The position numbers and the translations under genes were made by a program. The notes under the pieces are model-generated. The model had not been told where the DNA came from and ran no database searches. It saw only the letters and a program-made list of their open reading frames with translations. This document shows, piece after piece, positions 18,422 through 27,178 of a stretch of 64,000 bases of DNA (the stretch's first letter is position 1; each line of letters opens with the position of its first letter). The DNA lies in contig JBJXHC010000075.1 in assembly GCA_046160825.1 (NCBI GenBank), positions 991 to 64,990 on the forward strand, given 5' to 3'. Source of the DNA: Bacteroidota bacterium (lineage in GTDB: Bacteria > Bacteroidota > Ignavibacteria > UBA10030 > UBA6906).

Positions 18422-19318
18422 ATGAACATGCGACTAACATACAAAGTCTCGGTTGTTCTGATGACCACGTTGGGGATCTCGAGTTGCGCGGATCTCAAGT
18501 CGGACTTGCCAGCTCCCACAAACCCGGGTGTTCAGATCCACGGAGAGGGCTGGATAAATCCCCTTGCGCCCTCTTTCCACGGAAACACTATTCGCGTGAA
18601 CAACTGGGATATGCGGTCGTGCCAAACGTGTCATGGCGTTAGTTACAGTGGGGGCACAGCAGGCAGCAGTTGCCTTGAATGCCATACCAACAGTGCCGGG
18701 CCTGAGAACTGCGCTACATGTCATGGCAGTTCCAATCCAGCGCCTCCACGTGATCTCACGGGAATGGTCAGCCCATCATCGAGAGGTGTCGGAGCTCATC
18801 AGATTCATCTAACAGGTGGTGCTCTTGCAACGGACATTCCGTGTTCGGAATGTCACGTCGTGCCGACTTCAACGTATGGCTCGCCAGCTCATTTAGACAA
18901 TTCTGCAGGAGCGGAGTTGACGTTTCAGGGTCCGCAAGGCACCATTGTAACTGGAGGTGGAACACGGGTTCCGCATCCTTCGTATGATGCTTCGACATTG
19001 AAATGCAATAACACATTCTGCCATGGTGACTTTGTAGCTCGAAGAGCTGATGCCGATTCGGTTGACCGGTTTGCATACACTGACACGGTGATCGTCGGTG
19101 CGCAGTTTTCACCACTCTGGACCGGTGGGTCGGCAGAAGCTGCCTGCGGTACATGTCACGGTCTTCCGCCCATCGGGCATGTCGGCCCTGTGACCGTGCA
19201 ACAGTGTGGGAATAGCGGATGCCATCCCGGAATTGTCAACGCAAATGGGCTGATCTCAGACAAAACCAAGCACATGAACGGAAGGATCAACGTCCGCGGA
19301 ACCGAACGGGTTTTCTAA
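18422..19318 (+). CDS. Multiheme cytochrome c lipoprotein with CxxxxCH/CxxCH domains
   Basis: Lipobox ISS-C; CQTCH, CLECH, CATCH, CSECH, CNNTFCH, CGTCH, CGNSGCH; ends HMNGRINV. Confidence 0.85.
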   Translation: MNMRLTYKVSVVLMTTLGISSCADLKSDLPAPTNPGVQIHGEGWINPLAPSFHGNTIRVNNWDMRSCQTCHGVSYSGGTAGSSCLECHTNSAGPENCATCHGSSNPAPPRDLTGMVSPSSRGVGAHQIHLTGGALATDIPCSECHVVPTSTYGSPAHLDNSAGAELTFQGPQGTIVTGGGTRVPHPSYDASTLKCNNTFCHGDFVARRADADSVDRFAYTDTVIVGAQFSPLWTGGSAEAACGTCHGLPPIGHVGPVTVQQCGNSGCHPGIVNANGLISDKTKHMNGRINVRGTERVF

Positions 19319-19576
19319 AATGACAATGGGCTTGAGATGAGAGTCTTTTGTTTCTTTCTTGCCATATTCCTTCCAATGTTGCTTCTCTTGCTGGTCGCTG
19401 TGACATACGCACCCTGTTAAGCTGCCAGGGCGCGACCCAGTGTGCTCGTTCCCACCTCAACTTTCAATTTTATCATTCTGAAGGTTTATAGCGTCAAGGT
19501 TTTTGTCACACCTGAGAATGACGTCAGGTCAATATGCAGAAACAGCCCCTATTCGCGGCTTTTATCTGAGTTCTCT

Positions 19577-19591
19577 TGGCATGCCCGTTGA
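19577..19591 (+). promoter_or_regulatory. sigma54-type promoter (variant -12 GA)
   Basis: TGGCATGCCCGTTGA about 35 bp before ccmF. Confidence 0.5.
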
Positions 19592-19626
19592 ACATTTAAT
19601 GAGTCGAGTTCACAACCGGAGAAGCC

Positions 19627-21945
19627 ATGAATGTCCTTGGAAATACCCTCATTGTAATCGCGCTCGCCTCGTCACTCTTTTCCATCGTTCAATACCACCG
19701 TGCAACCAGTGCCAATCCGCTTGCCATGAAAAGAGCGCGGCAGTGGCTGCGGATTAGCACTGCTACGATCGTTGCGATGTCCGGGTTATTGATGATTCTC
19801 CTGCTTCAACACGATTTTTCGAATGGGTATGTCTACAGCTACAGCTCGCGTGACCTGCCGTTCCATTTCCTGATATCAAGCTTTTATGCCGGACAGGAGG
19901 GAAGCTTCTTGTTCTGGGTTCTTTGTTCTGCATTAATTGGACTTGTGCTTAGGTCATACACTGCCCGAAGAAAGAACGAACCGTGGGTGATGGCCGTGTA
20001 CATGGGCGTGCAGGCTTTCCTTCTTCTCCTGTTGTTTGCCAAAACTCCGTTCATATCTGTTTGGGAGAAACTCCCGGAACTTCCGCTTAACCAGCTCCCG
20101 GCTGACGGAGGCGGGCTCAATCCGCTGCTCCAGAATATTTGGATGGTGATTCACCCGCCCGTTCTTTTTGTAGGGTTTGCTGCAATGGCTGTACCGTTTG
20201 CATTTGCAGTGGCGTGTATGTGGAAGAGGGAGTACACATTGATCAGTGCGCAAGCTCTCGGTTGGTTGCTGTTCGGCGTGTTTGTGCTTGGCATCGGTAT
20301 CATGCTCGGGGCTTATTGGGCATACGGCGTTCTTGGATGGGGTGGATATTGGGGATGGGATCCGGTTGAGAATTCGTCTCTCGTCCCGTGGATTGTGGGG
20401 GTCGCATTTGTTCACACCTTGATAGTGCAAAGGAATAGTGGAAAGTTTCTGCGGCTGAATCTCGCACTTGCGATTGCATCCTTCTTCTTGACCATCTATA
20501 GTACATTTCTTACACGTAGTGGTATTCTCGGAGACTCTTCTGTCCATTCATTTACAGATCCCGGTGCCGGAGTGTATTGGTTGATGGTTGTCTTCCTTCT
20601 TGCCATTGCCATGATTGGTGGGGGATTCATGTTCATCCGTCGGAAAGACTTGCGCCCTACCCAGATAGACACAAACCTAATGAACAAAGAGACATTGCTT
20701 GCCTCCGGAACACTTATCCTCATTCTCATGGCCTGCATAATTCTGTTTGGCACCAGTCTGCCGATTGTCGGAAACTCGACTGTGGATGTCTCGTTCTACA
20801 ACACAATGAATTCTCCACTTGTGGTTGTTATGCTGCTGCTGATTGGATTAACTTTGTTCGCGCAATGGAAGGCCGACACGACCGGTGCAGTGCTCGGACG
20901 ATCATTCAGATGGCTCCTGGCCTCTCTTGCGGGTACGAGTTTGCTTTTCATTCTCGGCGTTTCGGACGTCATGACGCTTGTCGTGGTGCTGGCTTCGCTC
21001 TTTGCGATCCTGGTGAATATCGGGTTTGTGTGGAAACTACGAAGCATGGGTTTAAAGCAGATGGGTGGGAAGCTTGCCCACATTGGCCTCGGTATCTTCT
21101 TACTCGGTGTGATCGCTTCAGGAAGGTACGACTCGACTATGCAGGTCGCGTTACAACAAGATCAGCCACAGGATGTCCTTGGTTACGCATTGACGTATGT
21201 TGGTCACCATCCAACAGTGGATAACAAAGTCGCGTTCGATGTCAAGATCGAGAAGGATGGAAGCCAGCTCCAACTCTCGCCCGTGATGTTTGAAACTGAT
21301 CGCCAGGGCACCATGAAGAATCCGGACATCGCTTCGTTTCTGGCAGGCGACTTCTACCTTTCACCCATTTCCCTGGAGCAATCCCGGCATCGTCACACCG
21401 GCCAGGACGGGAAAGCCTATATAATGGAAAAGGGCAGGCCGGCAGCCATCGGGGACTACAAGGCAACTTTCGCGAAGTTTGAAATGAATGCTCATGGCGA
21501 AAGTACAATGCCAGGTGATGGGGGCGGAATGGTGGTCGGTGCAGTTCTTGAACTTACCGATGGCAAACAACATGAAACGATTACTCCGGTGATCATGTAC
21601 GATATAAACGGTCGTCAGACTTTCAAACCAGTGGAATCAACGGTGTTGAAAGCGACAGTGGCGCTCGTATCAATGAATGTTGGGGGTATGGGTGGATCCA
21701 ATACATCCACGGTAACAATTAACATACAAGCGGATGAAGGATCAGTTTCCCACCGTGACGTGTTCGTTGTTGAGGCGAGCGTGAAGCCTTTTATTAGTCT
21801 TGTGTGGATTGGAACCATTATCATGTTCGGAGGTTTCATTCTTGCGATAACCAAACGGTTCAGTGGTACTGAAACCTCTTTGGTGTCCCACACTTCGAAG
21901 TCATCAATAAAAAGGCGAAACGTATCTATCCCTCTGGAAGTTTGA
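19627..21945 (+). CDS. ccmF: Cytochrome c maturation heme lyase CcmF/NrfE family
   Basis: AGQEGSFLFW, GLNPLLQ, IHPP, WAYGVLGWGGYWGWDPVENSSL (WWD domain), FLTRSG..SVHSF, AHIG; many TM helices. Confidence 0.92.
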   Translation: MNVLGNTLIVIALASSLFSIVQYHRATSANPLAMKRARQWLRISTATIVAMSGLLMILLLQHDFSNGYVYSYSSRDLPFHFLISSFYAGQEGSFLFWVLCSALIGLVLRSYTARRKNEPWVMAVYMGVQAFLLLLLFAKTPFISVWEKLPELPLNQLPADGGGLNPLLQNIWMVIHPPVLFVGFAAMAVPFAFAVACMWKREYTLISAQALGWLLFGVFVLGIGIMLGAYWAYGVLGWGGYWGWDPVENSSLVPWIVGVAFVHTLIVQRNSGKFLRLNLALAIASFFLTIYSTFLTRSGILGDSSVHSFTDPGAGVYWLMVVFLLAIAMIGGGFMFIRRKDLRPTQIDTNLMNKETLLASGTLILILMACIILFGTSLPIVGNSTVDVSFYNTMNSPLVVVMLLLIGLTLFAQWKADTTGAVLGRSFRWLLASLAGTSLLFILGVSDVMTLVVVLASLFAILVNIGFVWKLRSMGLKQMGGKLAHIGLGIFLLGVIASGRYDSTMQVALQQDQPQDVLGYALTYVGHHPTVDNKVAFDVKIEKDGSQLQLSPVMFETDRQGTMKNPDIASFLAGDFYLSPISLEQSRHRHTGQDGKAYIMEKGRPAAIGDYKATFAKFEMNAHGESTMPGDGGGMVVGAVLELTDGKQHETITPVIMYDINGRQTFKPVESTVLKATVALVSMNVGGMGGSNTSTVTINIQADEGSVSHRDVFVVEASVKPFISLVWIGTIIMFGGFILAITKRFSGTETSLVSHTSKSSIKRRNVSIPLEV

Positions 21946-22123
21946 AACGTTGATCGTGAATGCTGTTCTCGAGAACACCTGCTAAGCAATACCAAACGCG
22001 TTCGGGCCTCGGTGAAGCCCTTCTTTCCCTCAAACCCCACGTCATTTACGCCTGCCATAAGTAATTCTTACCTGTTATTACACCCGCAACCTAATTTTCA
22101 GCATGATTTGGCCTCTTTTCCTT

Positions 22124-22138
22124 TGGCGTAACCTTTGA
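22124..22138 (+). promoter_or_regulatory. sigma54-type promoter (variant -12 GA)
   Basis: TGGCGTAACCTTTGA about 60 bp before the response regulator. Confidence 0.45.
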
Positions 22139-22199
22139 TTACACTTGGACAGTTTGCGTCAAGGCATTGGTCTTTAGTCACTCTTTTTGGGAAAACAGT

Positions 22200-22580
22200 A
22201 TGAAAATTCTTGTAGTTGACGACAACCAGGGTTACCTGAACCTTATGGGAGACCTGCTACGCGACTATGGTTATGATGTGTTTCTGGCCGAGGACGGGAA
22301 GCAAGCACGCGAGCTTCTTGAAGAGCAAAAAGTCGATCTCATCATTTCCGATGTGTTCATGCCCACGCTTGATGGCGTACGCTTCCACAGCTACGTCAGG
22401 GAGTTCACCGAGGCAGAGGAAATTCCGTTCATTTTTGTTTCGGGTTATGATGATGAGTATACGCGCAATGTGGTTCTCGACTCAAACCTGGATTTCTTTT
22501 TCAACAAAACAACGCCTGTGGAAAATATTGTGGCGTTGATAGAGAGGTTCAAAGAAGAAAAACACCCGAAGGCAGTCTAA
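22200..22580 (+). CDS. Single-domain response regulator (CheY-like)
   Basis: MKILVVDD, DLIISDVFMPTLDG, PFIFVSG, K in FNK. Confidence 0.9.
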   Translation: MKILVVDDNQGYLNLMGDLLRDYGYDVFLAEDGKQARELLEEQKVDLIISDVFMPTLDGVRFHSYVREFTEAEEIPFIFVSGYDDEYTRNVVLDSNLDFFFNKTTPVENIVALIERFKEEKHPKAV

Positions 22581-22631
22581 AGCACATTCGTTGGTGGACA
22601 AGCATTCACAAATCTGAAACGGTAGGGAACA

Positions 22632-24455
22632 ATGTCCCAGTTGGAAGAAAGCATCGGTTCGGAAGAAGGAACAAAGTCTGGTCGCACCCTGCGACCGTTC
22701 ATGACTTCCTTCCTTGAGCATCTTATACGCAACAAGATCGTGAGTGAAGAGATTGCTTTAGAGGTATCGACGCGGCGTCACGACGCCAATAGTAAAGACA
22801 AACGCCGTCTTGTTGAAATCCTCTCGGAAGAGTTCGGTCTCGCACGCGATGTGCTCCATCGCGAGGTGGCAAAATTCTATTCATTCAGAATTATCGACCT
22901 CTCCGAACGGAGTTCGCGGAGGTTGCAGCCTGTCATGGTCAACAAACTTCTGAATGGTTTGCCCGAATCTATTCGCGCTCTTGCAATGAAGCACAAGGTG
23001 CTGCCATACGAGATTGCGGAGAATCAATCGGACAAGCTGCTGGTTGTAACACCGAATCCCTCCGGTCGCGAAGCCTACGAAGTTGCCCGTAGTTTCCCGT
23101 ACAAGAAATTCGAAATCTGCTACATGGAAGAGAAGGACTGGGCAGAATGGTGGCGACAGGTTACTCTCGAAAAGCAGATGAATGTCAGCGGCGGCGGTGC
23201 TTCGGATACAGTCTATGAAGAGGATGAAGTTGACCTTGACAATTCACTCGACAAGGAAATCAACCGGAGTCAACTGGTTGCCCTCATTGAGAACGTACTT
23301 TCGGACGCGGTCAGGGTTGGCGCAAGTGATATCCATTTTGTGCCCCGTGGTGTGCGAAAAACGGACATTTGCTTCAGGATAGACGGACGCCTGACGGTGT
23401 GGTACACGGTTGACGATGCTCGTGCCGAGGCTGTAGTTGCAGTCGTCAAGGGGCGTGGACTGAACCTCGATCGATTTGAGCGTCTGGCGGCACAAGATGG
23501 CTCGGCGCAGAAAATTATTGACAGCCAGACGATTCGCTTTCGAATGTCGATCATCCCTGTTATTTCACGTGAGTTGAATGGAAAATTCGAATCGGTTGTC
23601 ATACGAATTCTTCGTGATGCGGATGCTTCGGTTTCCCTCGCGACAATTGGTTTTGACCCATACTCGTTGAAAGTATTCAAGGATGCTATTGAGAAACCGA
23701 ATGGCATCGTCATTCTCAGCGGGCCGACAGGTAGCGGTAAGAGTACAACATTGATTGCTGCACTCCGCTCGGTTATGAACCCAACCCTCAATACCATTAC
23801 CGTTGAGGATCCGGTCGAATACTTGCTTGAAGGTGCCCGACAGGTCAAACTGAGTCACAAATTGGATTTCGACAACGCCATGCGCGCAATCTTGCGGCAT
23901 GACCCGGATATTGTCATGGTGGGGGAGATTCGTGATCGCATAACTGCTGACATTGCCATCAAGCTGGCGAACACCGGTCACCTGACATTCTCAACTCTCC
24001 ATACCAACGACGCTACAAGTGTTGTCTCGCGCTTGTTCAAGATGGGTGTTGAGCCCTTCCTGGTTGCCCAGGCACTCAATATTGTCGTGGCACAAAGGCT
24101 TGTACGCAAGCTATGCGAGAAGTGCAAGCAGCCCATGCCAAAACATCAGGATAACATCCTTGAGAGAACAGGGTTCACGCAACAAGAGGTCATGAAGACG
24201 CAGTTTTTCAAACCCGTGGGATGCATCAACTGTGTTGAGGGATTCAAGGGTCGCACCGCAATCCACGAATCAATGTATGTCACGCCAGAGATACGCATCA
24301 TCATTGGTGACAGTACGGACAGGATTGACCTTGAGGCCATCAGAACAGCCGCTCTGAAGCATGGCATGCAGTCGCTTCGCCGGTCCGGCATTGAACTGGT
24401 AAAGAGAGGCATTACCACGCTTGATGAAATCGTCGCCTCGACGTCCGGGGATTAG
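22632..24455 (+). CDS. pilB: Type IV pilus assembly ATPase PilB/GspE (paralog 1)
   Basis: ASDIH, Walker A GPTGSGKSTT, TVEDPVE, LRHDPDIVMVGEIRD, TGHL..STLHTND, Zn motif CEKC..CINC. Confidence 0.9.
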   Translation: MSQLEESIGSEEGTKSGRTLRPFMTSFLEHLIRNKIVSEEIALEVSTRRHDANSKDKRRLVEILSEEFGLARDVLHREVAKFYSFRIIDLSERSSRRLQPVMVNKLLNGLPESIRALAMKHKVLPYEIAENQSDKLLVVTPNPSGREAYEVARSFPYKKFEICYMEEKDWAEWWRQVTLEKQMNVSGGGASDTVYEEDEVDLDNSLDKEINRSQLVALIENVLSDAVRVGASDIHFVPRGVRKTDICFRIDGRLTVWYTVDDARAEAVVAVVKGRGLNLDRFERLAAQDGSAQKIIDSQTIRFRMSIIPVISRELNGKFESVVIRILRDADASVSLATIGFDPYSLKVFKDAIEKPNGIVILSGPTGSGKSTTLIAALRSVMNPTLNTITVEDPVEYLLEGARQVKLSHKLDFDNAMRAILRHDPDIVMVGEIRDRITADIAIKLANTGHLTFSTLHTNDATSVVSRLFKMGVEPFLVAQALNIVVAQRLVRKLCEKCKQPMPKHQDNILERTGFTQQEVMKTQFFKPVGCINCVEGFKGRTAIHESMYVTPEIRIIIGDSTDRIDLEAIRTAALKHGMQSLRRSGIELVKRGITTLDEIVASTSGD

Positions 24456-24570
24456 AGCATTACCATTTGGGGCGGAAATTATGACCACGACGAGGTCAAA
24501 TTTTCGCTCCGGAACTTGAAGATTGCTACAAACCGTTGAAAAAATGTTGGATCCTGAACAGAAGCGATGT

Positions 24571-24585
24571 TGGCACAGGGATTGA
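24571..24585 (+). promoter_or_regulatory. sigma54-type promoter (variant -12 GA) of the major pilin-like gene
   Basis: TGGCACAGGGATTGA followed by an AT-rich leader and AAGGAG RBS. Confidence 0.6.
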
Positions 24586-24668
24586 AATAAAGAGTTATCA
24601 AGAGAATAGAAATTAAAATAACAATCTCCCTCATTAAATAACAATAACTAACCAAAAGGAGCTACACA

Positions 24669-25082
24669 ATGGGACAGCAGCAACTCTTATTGATCATCCT
24701 CGGTGTTATCGTGGTCGGTATCGCAGTCGCGGTCGGTATCACGATGTTCCAGGATAACGCGGTATCTGCAAACCGTGATGCAGTGACCAACGACCTCGTG
24801 AATCTCGCGGCTCGTGCACAGCAGCACTATCGTCGCCCGATCGCACTTGGTGGTGGTCAGGGTTCATTTGATGGTTCAACAGGCGGATCCGCTATTGCCA
24901 CGATCAATGACCTCACGTCAAAGCCAGCGAATGCGAATGGTTCGTACGTGGTTGGAACAGTGGCAGCAACCAATATCGTGATTACAGGAACAGGCACGGA
25001 AACGGGTGATGATGGTTCAACCCCGGTTGAAGTTGAAATGACAGTGTTTGCGGATAGCACTGCGGTTGTGTTCAACAACTAA
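24669..25082 (+). CDS. Pilin-like protein, probable major subunit (MGQQQLLL type)
   Basis: N-terminal hydrophobic helix then amphipathic helix (NRDAVTNDL..AQQHYRRP) and beta-rich head; strong RBS; located inside the T4P operon. Confidence 0.75.
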   Translation: MGQQQLLLIILGVIVVGIAVAVGITMFQDNAVSANRDAVTNDLVNLAARAQQHYRRPIALGGGQGSFDGSTGGSAIATINDLTSKPANANGSYVVGTVAATNIVITGTGTETGDDGSTPVEVEMTVFADSTAVVFNN

Positions 25083-25096
25083 AGATTGATCTGGTG

Positions 25097-25127
25097 GGGC
25101 TTCCGTCTTACGGAAGCCCTTTTTTTT
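25097..25127 (+). terminator. Rho-independent terminator
   Basis: GGGCTTCCGT-ctt-ACGGAAGCCC followed by T8. Confidence 0.85.
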
Positions 25128-25153
25128 GTCAAGTCACATAAAACGGAAAGAAA

Positions 25154-25558
25154 ATGGGCTCCCAACAATTACTCTTGATCATAGTGGCGGTTGTGCTGAT
25201 AGGAATCAGTGTTGCGATCGGAGTGTGGATGTTCATCGATCAGGGCGCAGCAACGAATCGGGATTCAATATCCAATGATCTTGTCCAGTATGCAGCGCAG
25301 GCACAAAAGTACTACCGGAGACCACAGACGCTTGGAGGAGGCAACAACTCCTTCGGCGGTTTGACACTGAGCAAAGTCACGAGCAAGTCTACGAATGCCA
25401 ATGGCGCGTACACACTTTCCCCTGACCCTGCTCCTGCCACAGCGACGTCTGTTCAGATTATCGGTCTTGGACGTGAACTTGGGTCAGATGGAGAAACACC
25501 TTTGCAGATGACAATGACAGTGTGGTCGGATAGCATCTTGATTGTCGCTGATAATTAG
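25154..25558 (+). CDS. Second pilin-like protein (paralog)
   Basis: MGSQQLLLII..; NRDSISNDL..AQKYYRRP..LGGG, colinear with the upstream pilin. Confidence 0.75.
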   Translation: MGSQQLLLIIVAVVLIGISVAIGVWMFIDQGAATNRDSISNDLVQYAAQAQKYYRRPQTLGGGNNSFGGLTLSKVTSKSTNANGAYTLSPDPAPATATSVQIIGLGRELGSDGETPLQMTMTVWSDSILIVADN

Positions 25559-25727
25559 TAATAACAGAGGAAGTCGCGAAGAAGGTTGAGGCGAAGGGGA
25601 AATAGTAACGGGGTGACTCCCTTTGTTGGTCCGCTTGTTTTGCTAGGTGGGGGATCTAGTAAGACGTGAGGCGGAATCAATCGGGGAGCTTACCCCTTAA
25701 TTTTTGACCACACGACAAAGTGATTTC

Positions 25728-25742
25728 CGGCACACCGTGTGA
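25728..25742 (+). promoter_or_regulatory. sigma54-type promoter (variant -12 GA)
   Basis: CGGCACACCGTGTGA about 50 bp before pilC. Confidence 0.4.
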
Positions 25743-25791
25743 TGGAGTTGGAAGAAAGAACCAGGACGCTAAGCGAACAAAGGATAAGCGT

Positions 25792-27171
25792 ATGCCAGAA
25801 TTTAGAATAGAAGGTGTGACGACAGCCGGCAAGCCGGTTCAGGGGATACTGGAAGCGGAGTCCCCTCGCTCTGCAAAGCAGAAGGCCGTGCAGATGGCGC
25901 AACAGAGAAACTTCAAGTTGCTCCACGTTGTCCCGCGTGCAACCTGGGTATACAAAGTACAACGTGGTACAGAGAAACCCGTCCTCGGCGAGCAGAAGGC
26001 TTTTACGAAAGGCGAGGTCCAGGAAGCCCTCCAGAAGATGGGCTACCGCGTGATTCGTATTCAAAAGCGGTTTCTCAATCTCAAGGCAAAGCCACCGGCC
26101 ACGGAGATTGTAACATTCGTGCGCGTGAGCGCCGACTTGATCCGCCAGAAGCTTCCATTTAATGAGATCATGCAGCTTCTGACAAACGACATTGAAAATC
26201 GCACGTTGCGTGAGGCGATCAAAGAGATCAACGCCGAATTAAAGCAGGGCAAGGATAGTGAACGGGCGTTCGTCAAGCACGAGGCAGTCTTCGGGCGATT
26301 CACGGCACACATGCTTGGCCTTGCCTCGAAGAGTGGTAACATGGCTGAGATCTATGACAGTACGGCAAAGTTTCTTGAACGCCAGGCGGAGTTCAAAAAG
26401 AATCTCAAGAGCGCATTGATCATGCCGATGGTTACGTTGGTCGTTCTCTTCGGCGCGGTCATATACTATGTGGGCTATATCTTCCCGGCTACAGCAGGTC
26501 TGTTCAGGAAGTTCGGGATTGAGCTGCCGCCAATGACGAGGGCAACCCTCGCGTTCAGCGATTTTCTGGTGGAGAATATCGTTTTCATCATGATTGCAAC
26601 GGTCATTCCCTTGATCCTCGCGATGAAGTTCTTCACGACGGAGAAAGGGCGCTTCCTGCTTGATAAATATATCTGGCATGTTCCCGCCATTGGTTCGCTA
26701 TTGCACAAAATGAGTATTGAAATATTTTGCCGGGTGTTCTATGCCCTGTACAGCGGTGCGGGCGAGAATATCGAAGTCATCCGCATGGCCTCCGAAGCCT
26801 GCGGCAACAAGTATATGGAGCATCAGATAAAGACAGTAGCTCTTCCCATGATGATCCAGAAGGGCTCCGGTATCACCGAGGCATTCGAAGCCACGGGCGT
26901 GTTCACAAAAACGGCCCTTTCGCGCTTTCATTCCGGTGCGGAAACAGGAACAGTAAAACACACGGCGCATCAGCTTGCCGAGTACTATGAGAAGGAAACG
27001 TCGTACAAGATGCGCAATGCCATCGACTATATCCAGGTAATGATCTCGATGGTCATCATGGTTGTGCTGACAGCATTGACCATCGTCTCTTCCGAGACGG
27101 CGACCATCAGGCCTAAGAATCCGGCTGTGGGTGCGAACGTGCAACAGCACACTGATACACCGGTTACGTAA
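25792..27171 (+). CDS. pilC: Type IV pilus platform protein PilC/GspF
   Basis: Two T2SSF domains, FGIELPPMTR motif, three TM segments; ATG 25792. Confidence 0.88.
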   Translation: MPEFRIEGVTTAGKPVQGILEAESPRSAKQKAVQMAQQRNFKLLHVVPRATWVYKVQRGTEKPVLGEQKAFTKGEVQEALQKMGYRVIRIQKRFLNLKAKPPATEIVTFVRVSADLIRQKLPFNEIMQLLTNDIENRTLREAIKEINAELKQGKDSERAFVKHEAVFGRFTAHMLGLASKSGNMAEIYDSTAKFLERQAEFKKNLKSALIMPMVTLVVLFGAVIYYVGYIFPATAGLFRKFGIELPPMTRATLAFSDFLVENIVFIMIATVIPLILAMKFFTTEKGRFLLDKYIWHVPAIGSLLHKMSIEIFCRVFYALYSGAGENIEVIRMASEACGNKYMEHQIKTVALPMMIQKGSGITEAFEATGVFTKTALSRFHSGAETGTVKHTAHQLAEYYEKETSYKMRNAIDYIQVMISMVIMVVLTALTIVSSETATIRPKNPAVGANVQQHTDTPVT

Positions 27172-27178
27172 ACCGTAC

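Noticed and set aside
24669-25558. Pilins as conductive e-pili
   Set aside because: Aromatic content is low (6 F/Y of 137 aa; 8 F/Y/W of 134 aa) with long aromatic-free gaps, unlike proposed e-pilins
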